Origin: the human T2T-CHM13v2.0 reference genome, Homo sapiens
Assembly: GCF_009914755.1 (NCBI RefSeq)
Contig: NC_060925.1
Direction: 5' to 3' (one strand)
DNA: 64,000 bases
This document shows, in pieces, positions 14,196 through 27,621 of the stretch. Within the stretch, counting starts at the first letter, position 1, and each line of letters starts with the position of its first letter. The notes beneath the pieces were generated by a model. It made no database searches. It saw only the letters and a program-made list of their open reading frames with translations, and was not told where the DNA came from. The translations under genes and the position numbers were made by a program.

Positions 14196-15563
14196 ACGTT
14201 GGCAAGAGAAGGGTCAGTAGGCTTACTAGGACAGATTATTTGGACAAGATAAGTTTCTTTTTGTTTTTACTTTTTTATCTTGAGAGATGGTAGAGATTTT
14301 ATACTCTCATTGAAGCTATGAAGTAATGATGACTAATGTTTCTTAATTTACATAGCTAATTTCATTTACCTTTGATGTTTCTATCACATTTTCAAACATT
14401 ATAATTTTTTTCCTCTCTAATGCCACACTTCTGTCCCTGATAGCACTTAGCACAGAGTTTTGCATACAGTAAGTGCTAAAACATTTTTTGAATAAATTGT
14501 CATCAGGAAACATATCTTACATATAAATTATATTTTCCCATGATCCGCATATAAAAAATAAAACCTCTTGTCTGAGAGAATTTAAAACCTATGCCTCTCC
14601 AACTCTTCAGTCTCCAAATCAAAACAACCTATAATGTTAAATTTGTGGAACCAAGAGGTATGAATGTGTGTTTAATAAGTTAACTTCATATGACTTTATG
14701 CTGGTGAATTATATTAAAGAGAGCCAGAAAAGCAACCAAGCTTGAAGTAAATATTATAAATTCATAAATCCAATATTTCAAATGTTTAATTAGCTATCAC
14801 AGCATGATCCCTTCCAGGTATAGTATTGTTTAATTTCCTGGCAATATACAGCTTTCTTCTTCTCTTTGGCATTAAGGTTTTTATTGAACAATTTGATGCA
14901 TTTTACTGCAGGAAACCAAAGAAAGGGTCAAGAGAAACCTTTGAATGTCTTCCTTAAGATTTTAGCAGAAAAATGACAAAATTCACATTTAATTTGTCTT
15001 TGAGACAGGAAGTTTCTGCATGGAAGAGACTACTCTGTTGTTTTAGTTTAATGGTAATATATTTGAGAGAGGACTTTGTGGTACATTAGTGCTACTTGGG
15101 GACAGCTAGGTGTATGAACTACAGTGCATTTTCTTAAGCTGTATGTCCATTGGATTCATATACCAAATATTCTCATTAGGCCAGGGATGGAAAATAAACC
15201 TCAAAAACCTGTCAAAAACTGTACGAAAAGTGAGCCTGAGAGACTTCATTCCTACAAGGTTGGGGTTGTGGAAATCACTGGCAGTTTGGAATTACTGCAT
15301 TGTTTGGGAACTTAGGGTGTGAATACTAGCTGCTCTCATTAGGCACAAAAAGAGAAAAGAGAGCTGCTAGCATCTGCCAGGATGGGATGTTAGTGCTTTT
15401 CCAGAAGCTAAAGGAAGAAGTGACACCAGTTCTATTCCAAATGTAAAATGTCCTTATTTCTTCACACAAACATCAATAAACAACAATAAAAGATATAACT
15501 GGAAATGCAGAAAACAAACAAAGAGATAAACTAACTGCCTGGGTGTGGTTTTCCCTACACATT

Positions 15564-15998
15564 TGTTATGGGTTGAACCGTGTCTCTCCAAAAAGATATG
15601 TTGAAGTTGTAATACCAAGTGTCTGTAAATGTGACTTTATTTGTAAACAGGGTCTTTTCAGATTTAATCAAGTTAAGATGAGTACTCAATCCAATAAGTC
15701 TGGTGCCCTTATAGAAAGAGGAAAATTTGAACACAGACACACAAGTAGAAAATTATGTGAGACAGGCAGAGATTGGAGTAATGCATCTATAAACTAAGGA
15801 ATGCCAAGGTGATGGGAACCATCAGAAAGTGGAAGAAGCAAAGAACGATCCTCTACCAGAGGCTTTGGAAGCAGCAGGCCCTGACACTTTCATTTTGCCC
15901 TTCTGGCCTCCAGAACTGTGAGAGAATAAATTTCTGGGTTTCTGTAAGCCTCCCAACTTGTAATACTTTGTTATGCCAGCCCTACAAAGCTAATGAAA
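15564..15998 (+). mobile_element. MLT1C-type MaLR solo LTR
   Basis: tgttatgggttgaa start; ggcagagattggagtaatgcatcta; ctggcctccagaactgtgagagaataaatttctg. Confidence 0.85.
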
Positions 15999-16769
15999 GA
16001 CTATTCTTACTTAGAATGTTATGCTAATATCCATTTATAATTACCCAAGTAATCCCCATTTCAGTTATATACAGAGAGAAATTACATACTTATTTAAAAG
16101 CTTAGTCAGTGTTTCTGTTATTGTTGCTTTTTTAGTTTTTTCCATTAATTGTCCTAACCTTATGTATTTATTTATTTTTATATTGTACTACTTTATAGGT
16201 AGAGTCTTTAGATGGAGTTACATCTACATTAATATTTACGTTATAATAAAATAATATGGCAATGAATAGATCTTTAGATTGCACATAGAAACCATACATT
16301 AGCATATTATAAATGTTTTAAATGTTTGTTTATAATGGCTGCTGGATAAAAGGGTGTATTCCTGACTTATGATCACCAATTAAAAGTCTGTATTCTAATA
16401 TTACATTCAGAATTATTTTTGGCTAACTCATAAAACTTAGATCTTCTCTGTCTTCATTAAAGTGCAACTGTTTAAGCTTTCTATAATTAAAGGCAATCTT
16501 CTTCCTTACATAACCGAAGGTCAATCCCTGGCATGTAGTACTCAAATACATTGTTAGAAAAGTAAAAAGATAAAAAAAAATTCATTTTACCTCCCATAAT
16601 GCTACCTCACCATTATTTTTTCTCTCCCTATTTCTCCTACTTTGACAATGGAACCCTATTTTCTTCCTGAAATACTAAATCACAAAAGTTGTTTCGCATT
16701 CTACTTAATAATTTTATGGTAGTCAGATGAATTCCCTATAATTACATGAGATATATTCGAATGGTATTT

Positions 16770-17960
16770 ATTTCTTAAATCACTCACCTACAAGTATCTA
16801 TTATACACCATTATATGTCAAATATGATAACAATTGGTAGAGATGAAAAGATAAATAAAACATAGCTTCCCTCTTCTAAAAACTCAGTCCTCTGAAGGAA
16901 GTAGGTATGAAAATAAATAAATTATAATTCCATATGATATATGGCACTACAAGGGAAAAAACTGTTGCATCATTAAGAATGGAATAAATATTTCTGCCTG
17001 AGACGCACTTTGGAGGATACACTGATGTAGTAACATGTAACTTGTTTTAGCAGAAATTCCCTGGATGTTCATCAACTGCCCTGTGATTTTTCCCTTCCTG
17101 GAGCTTTGAAACTAGAAAGGCCATGTGACTATTTCTCACCAATGAAAACAGAAATGGCACATGGCATTTCCAGAAGTGGCCCTTAAAATTGCTCATAAGA
17201 CATTTCTTCTCTCAACACTTGATTAAATGTAGAGAATCCAATGGAGGACTCTGAGACCATAGAAAATCAGTGTTGAAATAAAAGTTGTCTGGGTTCCTGC
17301 ATTACTCTGGAAGGCAACCTGCCAAATACCCAATAGTGTGACATACAACTTATTTTATTATGTTTAGCCACTGAGATTTTGAAGCTGTTTGTTACAGCAT
17401 TTATTCTATACTGACTAATGCACCACCCTTGCTATATACAGTTAATATATTGAAAGTTGAAGACTTAATGAAAGCTTTCCAGACAAAGGGCTGACATGCA
17501 CTTTAGGAATAAGGAACGGCATGTATAAAGAAGTTAAATCTGTTCATTCTGAAAAGTAGTGGAATATCCTGAGAACCATCTCCATCAGTGAAGAGTGTTA
17601 TGTTATCCTGCAAAAATGAAGAGTGGACTTTCAAAGGAGTATCAGGAAATAGGACAGCAAGTTGAATGGCTTTGGAGAGATTTATGAATCGAAGAAGGGA
17701 AAAGGAAACCAAGAGCAGAAAATATTTTTAAAGCAAAAGAATGTAAATGGCATAATCAGATCTAGTTTCCTTCCACCTTCATTATTACCCTCCCTTTTCT
17801 CTTTTTATTTTTTATTTTATAGATAGGGGTAATTCTTAATAGTGTAGTTAAGGGTGAGGCTGTAAGAAAGATTTGGTGGTTGGGAAGTCAGTTGGAATGT
17901 CACTGAAGCAGTTCAGAAGTGATATTATTAGGACCAGGGTTTGGTAAGGAATTCAGCTTT
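16770..17960 (-). mobile_element. L2 fragments split by an MLT1 LTR
   Basis: Purine-rich antisense L2 motifs on both sides of 17027-17421. Confidence 0.5.
17027..17421 (+). mobile_element. Old MLT1 (I/J-like) LTR
   Basis: ggccatgtgactatttctcaccaatgaaa; tttagccactgagattttgaagctgtttgttacagca…ctgactaatgca end. Confidence 0.65.
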
Positions 17961-18559
17961 GATAAAATCAATTTTTCTATTTTAAAAGTAGTAGTAGTAT
18001 AATTTATTCAGGGCTTTGTGCAGCCCAAAACTTTTTTACTTCTTGATTCTTAATGGACTCTTTAAAAGTGCTTTTTTTTCTAACTCAGGGAACATATACT
18101 CTTCACTAAGTGCTGTATTAAACCATTAGTGACTTCATTGTTCTTTAAACTGTATCATACCTTTTCATCTGAAAATAAAACCAGTATGTACATCTACTTT
18201 TAATATGCTGATTACCCTGACTAAAGGTCCTATGCACAACTAAGAAAGAGTAAAAAGTTTCAGGGTTTCAAGAATCAGATATCCTGTCTGACTCTGAGAA
18301 ATTGTAATTTTATATTAGAAGATCTCAGGCAGGAGAACAAATAAGACAGTGCTTATGTAGATTGGGAGACATAAAAAATAAATAAATGCAATTTATGTGC
18401 TCTCGTTAAGCATCAGAGACCTCTGATTTAAAATTCATATCCTCGGTAAAAAATGATTCCTGTTCCACTGTGGCAGGATTTCTCCGGAAGAAATTGTAGA
18501 GCAGGTAATTTGAAACAGAAAGCATGGCCTTAAATTCTTTGAAATAGAAAATATGCATC

Positions 18560-18722
18560 TAACACTTATAATATGCCTTCCTCTGTTCCGGACATGCTGA
18601 AGATATACAAGTTTATTTAATCCCAATAATAACCCAGTGAAGACCATGTAATTTTCCCATTTAATAGATGAGTAAACTGAGCAAAGAATGAGTTAATCAC
18701 TTGCCCAAGGTCACATAGCTAG
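18560..18722 (-). mobile_element. MIR, interrupted by MLT2D
   Basis: cccatttaatagatgagtaaactgag…cacttgcccaaggtcacatagctag. Confidence 0.8.
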
Positions 18723-19133
18723 TGTTTTAGTCAGTGATCTCCAGAGAAAAAGCACTAAAAGGATGTGTGAAGATATACAGATACTTATTTTAGGGAATTG
18801 GCCCACACAATTAGTGGCAAGACCAAAATCTATCTGAAAGACTGGAGACCCAGGGAAGTGTTGATGTTACAACTGGAATCCTAAGGCAGTCTGTTGGCAG
18901 AATTTGCTCATTCTTGGGAGGCCTCAGTCATTATCTCTTAAGGCTTTCAACTGAATGGATGAAGCTCACTCACATTATAGAGAGTAATCTGCTCTATTCA
19001 AAATCTACAGATCTAACTGTTAGTATAATCTAAAAGAAATCTTCACAGTGACATCTAGATTGGTGTTTGATCAAATCTGGTGTTTGAGTACTGTGGTCAA
19101 GCCAATTAAATTGACACAGAGATTAACCATCAC
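18723..19133 (-). mobile_element. MLT2D-type ERVL solo LTR
   Basis: tgttttagtcagtgatctccagagaaa … aaattgacacagagattaaccatcac termini. Confidence 0.8.
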
Positions 19134-20329
19134 TGCTCGTAAGTTTTAGGGTCAAGATATAAATACAAATGGTAGAAGACTGGTGGGAAAACTGTAACAA
19201 GAAAAACTCTTTAGCCCAAAGGAAAATTTGTGAAATGTTTCAGTGTGGATTTTATTTTCTTTCCATAATCCATTCTTCTAGAAGTCTCTTATTTTTACCT
19301 TCGTTTCTTCAGCTAGTTCTACCAAAGTGTGCCTTGACAATAGATGAAGACCCATCATTTCAAAATTATAAAAAATGATTGATATTGTTATATGTTTGTC
19401 CAAACTAATACAAAGTGCAAAACTAAGAGGGGACCCTCACTTTTTGCACCATGAAACTTCCAACAAATCAATCTACATAAATCCAATCCTAGAGAAAGTA
19501 CTTTGGGACTCAGATTGTAAGAAATGTTTTTGGGTCCTGTCAGTTCTCACTCAGACTGTTTTTGATTTTTGCTTTTATTGATTTGCTTGTTTTTCTGCAG
19601 GTAGTAACATTATAATACTGTTTAAATTGCCAGAGTATCAGTAGGAGTTAAAATCATATTCTGAACACAAATTGAGCTTATATTGCACAGCAGCACTGCT
19701 GTGATGAAAGTAAAGATAATTGTTACCTGATGCACTAGCCATGAAGAATAATTAAATAAATTTCCCTATTGCCCAGCCTATTAATATTGAAGAACTCATA
19801 TGTGAACAGATGGATCAAATTTGGCAGTATTTTTCACAATCTTTAAAAAATATACCCCAACAGAATTTATACAATACTTGCATATTCTGTTTCAGCCAGG
19901 CTTGTTTCAGCTAATCAAGCTTTCCAAAAATCGAAAAGAATTACTCAGAACTTGAAGTAAACAGAATATTTTTTTCATAGTACAAATGGCATGGAAGCTG
20001 GTGATCATGTGGACTGTATAAATGTTTCAGACTGTCACATCATGCTTCGAACTCTGGCAGGAGAACAGTTAAAGAATAATTGCTCTTGGTTCTGAAGTTC
20101 AAGCAAAATAATAATAATAGTTTCAATTGAATGACATTTCCATCGTATTATGCATTATGAGTGCAGATACACAATTGTCCTAGTCATTCAAACTTGAAAT
20201 TTATTGCTACTGGTAACAACAGACATATGTCTACTAAGTAAGGATGCACAAAAATATTACAGGGATCAAAAAAGGAATCTTGAATCTGTTATGGGGACTC
20301 CCTTAAATTGTCCTCTAGGAGAACTCTAC

Positions 20330-20580
20330 AAATAATTATTGTTTATTAAGTGTAGGTACAATATGTCATGCACTACACAAGACAATTTAAATATATTATC
20401 CCACTTAATCCCTAGGAAAACACTGAAATGTTGACATTTCTATTCTCATGTCACAGATTGATACTGAAGCTTACAAATATTAAGTAACTTATTATTATCA
20501 AATAGTATTCAGTACAGCCAGAATTTGAGTTCATTTTGTTTAACTCAAAGTCAAAACACTTATTCACCATGCCATACAGT
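20330..20580 (-). mobile_element. MIR
   Basis: tttattaagtg…atatgtcatgcact…cacttaatcc…cacagattgatactgaagct. Confidence 0.6.
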
Positions 20581-20639
20581 TTTTCTGTATATGGGCTGGG
20601 ATTAAAAACTAGAGATAGAAGATGAATACAAACAAATTG

Positions 20640-20755
20640 TTTGCTTGCTTGCTTGCTTGCTTGGTTTTTGTTATTGCTATTGTCATTTTTAGACAAGGTC
20701 TCACTCTGCCACCCTGGCTGGAGTGTAGCAGTGAGATCATGGTTTATTACAGCCA
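20640..20755 (-). mobile_element. Old Alu (AluJ/FRAM) 3' fragment with (TTGC)n tail microsatellite
   Basis: agacaaggtctcactctgccaccctggctggagtgtagcagtgagatcatgg. Confidence 0.8.
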
Positions 20756-21289
20756 AGAGCTAATGTTTATAGTGTCTGATGCTTCCTTCTAGGAACTGTG
20801 GTAGTTGCTTTCTGGATATGCTGTGTTATTTAATACATATTACAACCCTACGAAGTAGGTAATGTGATCTCCATTCTGACAGCAAGAAATCTTAAATGTC
20901 CAAAAGGCTAATATTATTAGATAATACAGTTAAAAAGTGATAAAGCCAAGCTCCAAAACCAATTTAGTTATCCTCTTAATATTGCAGTCTCATAATGGTC
21001 CAATCAGTCATCCAAAACTGAGTACAAAACTGGGGAGGTGCTTTTTGCTTCTCCCTCCTTCCTACTACCCACTACCAAATAAACACAAAATGCTGCCAAC
21101 TTTAAGTTCTAAATAATTACAGATTCCACCTTCTCTTCCCCAAATCTTCAACCATTATTTTGTTTCAGGCCATTCTTATCTTTGCCTAGAAAAGTCCCAT
21201 CTGTCAAGAGTATGACTGACATTTGTTGAACTTTTTATGAATAGGAGAGATTGCAGAAATTTATCTTGTCTCAGGAACAAGCCAGGGAA

Positions 21290-21990
21290 GAGGGTGCAGG
21301 AGTGCTGCCCTCCTTTTCTTGCTGACAAAGGCCTGTAGCCTCTTTTCATGGAGAGATTATAGGGCTGAAATTATTTCTGGAGAAAGTCGAGGAAGAAGGT
21401 ACTGGGAATGCCATTCCTCCCATTTAGGCCAGAGGAGATTTGTTCTGCATTTGATAAGTAGAGGCCAGAACCACTGGGAACTGCTGGAAAAGCATGCAGC
21501 CAAACCCCTTTCCAGGGGAAGTTGGAAGCTGGGCTGATCCCTAGGGCTACAGCTGCTGGAAGTGCTTGTGCAGCTCAAAATCCCCTTTGTTCTTTGTGCT
21601 TGAGGGAAATCTTTCTCTGCCCTGTCCCTGCCATTCTTCTACCACAGTGAATTAACAGCCAAATCCTCTGGCAGGGACTACAAAAGTTGGGCACTACATG
21701 TATGATATAAGCCCTTCAGACCGCTTGGGAAGAGCCTAGGAGTTGTGATTTTTTTTCCTGAGTGTAAGGCATTCTGCTCAGGGCGGGGCTAGTGCATGAG
21801 TGGATCTCCACTTTACCACCCATTTCGATGTGGGTATCTTATTAGTTATCCAGTGTATTTGAGTCTTTCAACTGGATTCTGGCTTTCTCTGGACAGAATT
21901 GATCCATGTGTAGGTGTTTATTAGGTGTGTCTGTAGGACGAAGAATAGTTAGGAGTCTCCCATTCCATTATATTGCTGATGTCACTCTCC
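21290..21990 (-). mobile_element. Old L1M 5' UTR fragment
   Basis: Ends in …attgctgatgtcactc (antisense of gtgacatcagcaa, an L1M 5' terminus); gaattgatccatgtgtaggtgt. Confidence 0.6.
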
Positions 21991-22430
21991 TTTTGCATTT
22001 TTATGCATCTGTTAATTTACCAATATTTATTGGTTACATATTGCAGTGAATGGCCGAATATTAAAATTTAAATATCATAGTCTAAAATTTTAAAAATTCT
22101 TACTCTCTAGTAACATAAGTACATATAACTTCATGTTTAAAAAGAAAAAGAAATGAAAGAAAGTCATACATTTCAGAAGAAAGTCTCATACTAAATTCTA
22201 TTGTTTTGAAAGAGAGAAGCACTTATGGATGGAAAATCAGGTAAGGTGTCATGGAACATTTATACTGGACCTTTCTTAAAAGAGTGGTCAGGATTTGAAA
22301 ACATAGAACTTGAAAAGTTGGAATGACTCTGTCCTCCTAAGAATGCTTTTAAAAAACAAAGAATTGATTTTCTTTACCATGGAAAAGGAACGCAGACACT
22401 GTATTAATTAATACATCAAGTGATTATAAT

Positions 22431-23306
22431 TGTTGATTAAAAAAAGCCAAACTCTAAAATATTTAAACAGATTTATTTTAATTCAAATGTGAGAACCATG
22501 ACCCATGAAACAGACTTAGGAGGTCCTGAGAACATGTGCCCCTGGTGGTTGGGTTACAGCTTAGTTTTATATGTTCTGGGGAGATATAAGACGCAGTCAA
22601 TACATGTGAGGTATGCATTGGTTTGGTTCAGAAAGGCAGGACAACCCAAAGCAGGGCTGACAGGTCATAGGCAGATCCAAAGATTTTCTGACTGGCAATT
22701 GGTTGAAAGATTTAAATTATTATCTAAAGACTTGGATTCAATAGAAAGGAATATCTGGGTAAAGATAAAGAGTTCTGGAGCCCAAGGTTCTTATTATGTA
22801 GATGAAGTCTCATAGGTGGCTACCCTTAGAGGCAATAGCTGGCAAATTCAGACCTTTAAAAGGTGCTAGACTCTCAGATCATCTCTTCAAGATTAGAAAA
22901 AGACCTGGAAAGGAAAGGGAAATATCTGCAGAACATAAATTTCCCCTAAAAGAGACAGCTTTGCAAGGCCATTTCAAAATATGTCAAAGAAACGTATTTT
23001 CAGATAAAATACTTTTATTTTCTTTTAGGGCCTGGTATGTGTCATGTGATGCTATACTAGAGTCAAGTTGAAATTTGGCATCGTATTGCTAAGTCTGTTT
23101 TGTCAATCTTAACAATTTCTGTTTTAATGTCAGTGTTGGTCAGTTGTGCCCGAACTCCGAAGAGAGGAGAGTATAATGAGGCTTGTACAACCCAAGTGTC
23201 CCATCATGGCCTGAACTAGTTTTTCAGGTTTCTTTGGAATCACTTTGGCCAAGAGGGGGATCCAGTCAGTGAGTTGAAGGACTTAAAATTTAATTTTTGG
23301 TTAACA
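22431..23306 (-). mobile_element. MER4-family (MER4D/E-like) ERV1 solo LTR, ~876 bp
   Basis: TG…CA termini; ggaggtcctgagaacatgtgccc, aaagattttctgactggcaattggttgaaa, ggccatttcaaaatatgtcaaagaaa; near 4-bp TSD TAAT/TATT. Confidence 0.85.
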
Positions 23307-24859
23307 TATTTTTGTCAATTATTTATTGATAGAAATTAATTCACAATTTAATAATTATTAAAATGTTCGGCTTTCCTTTTAGTTGTTCTACTACATGAGG
23401 GCAAGGACTGTATCATGTAGCAGATCATTAAAGAAAAACCAAAAAAAGGTGTTTGATGAGTAAATGAGTAAAAGGACAAACAAAATCTTCCACTTTTTCT
23501 TCCCTTGAGTGTTGGGAAGTTGATTTAGCATTTAAAAGATTTCAGGAATATGGAAAGAAAGGTATTCATTGGTATCTCAAAGGCATTAGGATAACTATAT
23601 ATGAATAAAACTATTTTAGAGCTTTGAGTATCTTTGTAAGGAAGGTGCATTTTTTATTCTCATGAGGATACATGTTCATAGAAATTGATTTTATTTCTTG
23701 AACATAAGCCCAAAAAAACACACAAATAAGCAAGCAAGAACAATAAAATAAAGTTTATCACCAAGAGGTTAAGAACTTCACAGAAAATTAGTTAGACGAA
23801 ATAGACAATAATTACTGTGTATATGTCCCTTTAAATGAACTCCCCCTTTCATGCCATGTCACATAAGTTGTCTGGAATATCAAGGGGCAAAAAAAAGTCA
23901 GGAATGTAAATTACTTGGTGATCATATCTAGTGACCAACTTTAGAATTTAGGAGTAGACATGTTCCATTTAATTTGGCTAGATGAATAAAAAGTTTATCA
24001 GCCCATTTGGCTGAGATTCCCTTGAAAAATATGCAACAATATCAAATATATCAGATTTGCTTGTAATATTCGTTATAGATGCATTCTGTGGATAGAATCA
24101 AAAGGTACTCTACAAGCTAACCCTTCCAACAGGTTACCTAACTCATATTTGTAAGGAAAACCACAAGTGACACACTAAAACTGGTAAGAAGTTTCTTAAG
24201 AGATATTTTAAAATGTTAAATTTCACCTGGAAAAATGAAATGGTAAATTCTTAATAAATGTTTCAGACTCTGAAGTTAGACTAGTTCAGTAGTCTACTAT
24301 TCTTATGCATGAGATTGAAATACCATACATTTATATTTTACACACAGGAATAAATTCAATTAGACATTAGCAATGATCTAATCAGCTAAATGATTACTAG
24401 TTTCCATTACACATACTTCCATGGTCTTATTTGGAAAGTGGCTATTTTATTTTAAAAAAATGCTCAAAGAAAATATTTAAGTCTAAATGACTAACTTGGA
24501 TTCAGATTTTACAATCTAGTATAGATTGTCTTTATCTCATTTCAACATAGTCATAAAGTATAGTGTTTAAAAATTTTTTAATAAAGAAGGGGGACCTCAA
24601 AACCAATTAGTCTAGGGTTCACAGAAGTCATAATATGGCCCTAGGCTAAACATGCTCTTGTAGCCAGAAAGCCTTCAGGCAGAAAGTCAGGCATACAAAA
24701 AGTAGGACATTACAATATCTGCTACAGGGTATTTTCAAGTGTTAAAATATTTGCTTTTTGTGAAACACTCACTGTGTGCCATTTACTCCCCATCCTGTCA
24801 TGTAATTATCCCCTAATATATGCACATACACTCTCACAAATGCTTCTGATAAATTAGAT

Positions 24860-25140
24860 TTATTTTTTCTTACTGACCCATTTAAAAGTAACTGCATCTG
24901 GGAAACATTCTCTGATCCCATGTCTGGACTAGATGCAGTGTTTATGTACTTTCAAATCCTTTTATATTTCCCCTGTTACTGTGCTTTTCATTCTGGGATT
25001 TTATATTCACCTGCATTCTTCCTCTCTACTAGATTATGCCTCTTGTGGAGGTAGAATCCATTTTTGCACATGCCTGGACCATGTAAGCACAGTGACTAGC
25101 ACATAGTAGGTAACAAATAAATATTGGATAAGTTAAACTG
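24860..25140 (+). mobile_element. L2 3' end
   Basis: ctactagattatgcc…agcacagtgactagcacatagtaggtaacaaataaatatt. Confidence 0.7.
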
Positions 25141-25209
25141 ATTAGTAGTTATGAAATTATTCTTAGTATTTGAAATCAAGTTTTTTAAAAAGAGTATGCT
25201 GGTACATGT

Positions 25210-25750
25210 TATGTAAAGTCTGCTAAGTCTGGACATTGTTTTCCAGAATCATCTTCTCTGTACAATTCTGGGTAAAAGTTAGCTAAAAGAGGAAAGTGCA
25301 TGAGATTTGGCAGAAGTAAAGCAGAAACCACTACTCTCAGAATGTTGTCACAGTCAGCCAAAGTGACAGACAGATGGAGATGCCCAACTATTTCTCACTC
25401 TTCTTTGTTTCACATCCAACTCATCTTCCTGACTGCTGGCCATGCTAAACCAAAAGTGGATTCAAGCCCACTTAAGTTAAGGGCTTGGCTGTGGACCTAC
25501 AGCAGTGATGACTACACATAAGGAACAGCTTCCTCAGAGTTGGCAGTTTAGTTTCAACAGAACTTGTCAGGGGGTCCCTGTTGATGGTTCCTCTTTAGGG
25601 TCCAAATATGCTTGGTTTCTTTGATGTCTCTGAAAGCTCCAACTTGGTTTAGGCATTTTGATTATCAACTCTTTCTCCCATTCCCCATTTCCAGATTTGT
25701 AGTGCCCCCATTCTCCCATATTTGTTATATCTAATTCTTATAAAATATCA
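25210..25750. mobile_element. Probable old ERVL-type LTR, family unresolved
   Basis: ttttccagaatc…tgcatgagatttggcagaag motifs resemble LTR40/41/52-group LTRs. Confidence 0.35.
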
Positions 25751-26038
25751 ATTTTTCCTATATGTCTAATTGTATAGTTGTACTATAACTTATTAAACTA
25801 CTCCCATAATGCCATACATTTAGTTTGTTCTCACCTTTTCAATCTTAACACTGTAAAAAATAGTCTTACATATAAGTAAACTTTCATTAATATATCCTAA
25901 TACATTGCAGTATTGATCTTGACATTTTTTTCAGGCTGTGGGACTCCTACATGTCATGCGTTCTTTTAGTGAGCAATGTTGAAAGAAAATTGGAAGAACT
26001 GTTTATGTTTTAATGTTTCCAATGCTTGTGTAACAGGA

Positions 26039-26488
26039 TGTATTCATCAGAGTTCTCCAAAGAGACAGAACCAATAGGATATAGATTTTGATGAAGATGA
26101 TGATAGATGATAGATAGACAGATAGGTAGATGACAGATAGATAGGTAGATAGATAGATAAGATAGATAGAGTGGGGATTTATTATGGGAATTGGCTCATG
26201 CAATTATGAAGGCTGAGAAGTCCTGCAACAGGCTATCTGTGCCAAAGGCCTGACAGCCTGGGGTGAGGGGAGAAGAGAGGGTGTTGTTAAGTCCAGAATC
26301 CACAGGCCAGAGAGCCTGGATTACGCTTTCTAAGAACAGGAGAAGCACGTCCCAGCTCCAGAAGAGAAAGGGTACATATTTTTCTATGTCTTTGTTTTAT
26401 TATTATTTTTTTTAATCCAGGGTCTCAGCCAACTGAATGGCACCCATACACATTGAGGGTGGATTTTCCCCACTTGGTCAATGGACTT
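26039..26488 (-). mobile_element. MLT2B/C-type ERVL LTR, truncated, with (GATA)n tract at ~26090-26170
   Basis: gttctccaaagagacagaaccaatagga; ggaattggctcatgcaattatgaaggctgagaagtcc. Confidence 0.8.
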
Positions 26489-26539
26489 GATAATCTAAAA
26501 AAGCTGAGTTTGAAAAATCCTGGCCAAAGTAATTTTTTT

Positions 26540-27621
26540 TAAATAAATTTTCCCTCTGTGTCTCCTCGCTGTCAAGACAAGATGAGTCGTTCGCAGTAGT
26601 GTGAGGGGAGGCCTTTCATCCACCTCAAGCCTAGTATGAGAAACTTTAGAGGGCCACATGGAAGATTTGACATGTATTACCTGGAATTTTTTAGGAGAGG
26701 TGAGGCGGTGAAAGTGCAGAAATTAATGGTAGTTGGCCTAAATCCAAAATACTAAAGATAAAAATCTGGGTCCGGAATGCCCTGTCTAGTGGTAGAGGGA
26801 GAAAAAGGTGGCTACATTGGGAGGAAGCTGTGTATAGTAGACATGAGTATGACCTATGAACCAGATGTGGGACACTTTGTAGAGAGCCAGCCAGGAATTA
26901 TCTTCACAGGGACTTTGCCCAAGAGAGTCTCTTGGAGGCATTGTAGTACTCCAATATACAGTGGTGTTGAAAAGGTTTTAAAATGCCAGGAACTGAGGGC
27001 TCGAATAATAAGAAAACCAGAGAAAATCCAGCTCATCATAGAACTTTTAGTTGGGTGTTCTCAATGAGAAAATCTCTGAGAAACCCACAGAAGCATTCAT
27101 GTGAGAAAAGCCACATTTACAATTGACTATTTGCAGTATGCACCAATGCCATTCACAAATGTACCAGTAAAATAAGCCCTTTTAAGTCTCATATCATCTC
27201 TTCTGCCTTGCTCACAGCTATAACTAGAAGGTTGGAAACAGCAGAGAATGGGCAGAGGTACAAGGGAAATAAATATTAACTTAAAAACATAGAGAAGAGG
27301 TTTAGTAGGCCCTTCTTCACCATTGCAAGCTTCTCAGATTCAAGTTGTTCCAAGATAAGTGAGGTAAGAAGACACAACTTTAAAAGATGTTCAGAATTTC
27401 TATATTAGACTGTTGGGTATTATAACAGCTAAATTATAACTTTTATTTGGCCAAAGTAATCAAAATAAATTGTAATATATTAGAATGATTGAATAGTTAT
27501 AGCCTTCTGAAATTTCACCCAAGATGCAAAGAAGAATGAGTCCACAGATTTACATGAAAAACAAAAAAAATGTATCCTATTCAAACCCTATAGAATCCTG
27601 TTCTTGCAGCATAATGGTTAC
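26540..27621 (+). mobile_element. Possible ancient Gypsy-like LTR (LTR85/MamGyp group)
   Basis: ~1 kb purine-skewed block ending …aatggttaca; weak recall only. Confidence 0.25.

Noticed and set aside
26777-27067. 96-aa ORF as a real coding exon or processed pseudogene
   Set aside because: No recognisable protein motif, splice context or parent gene.
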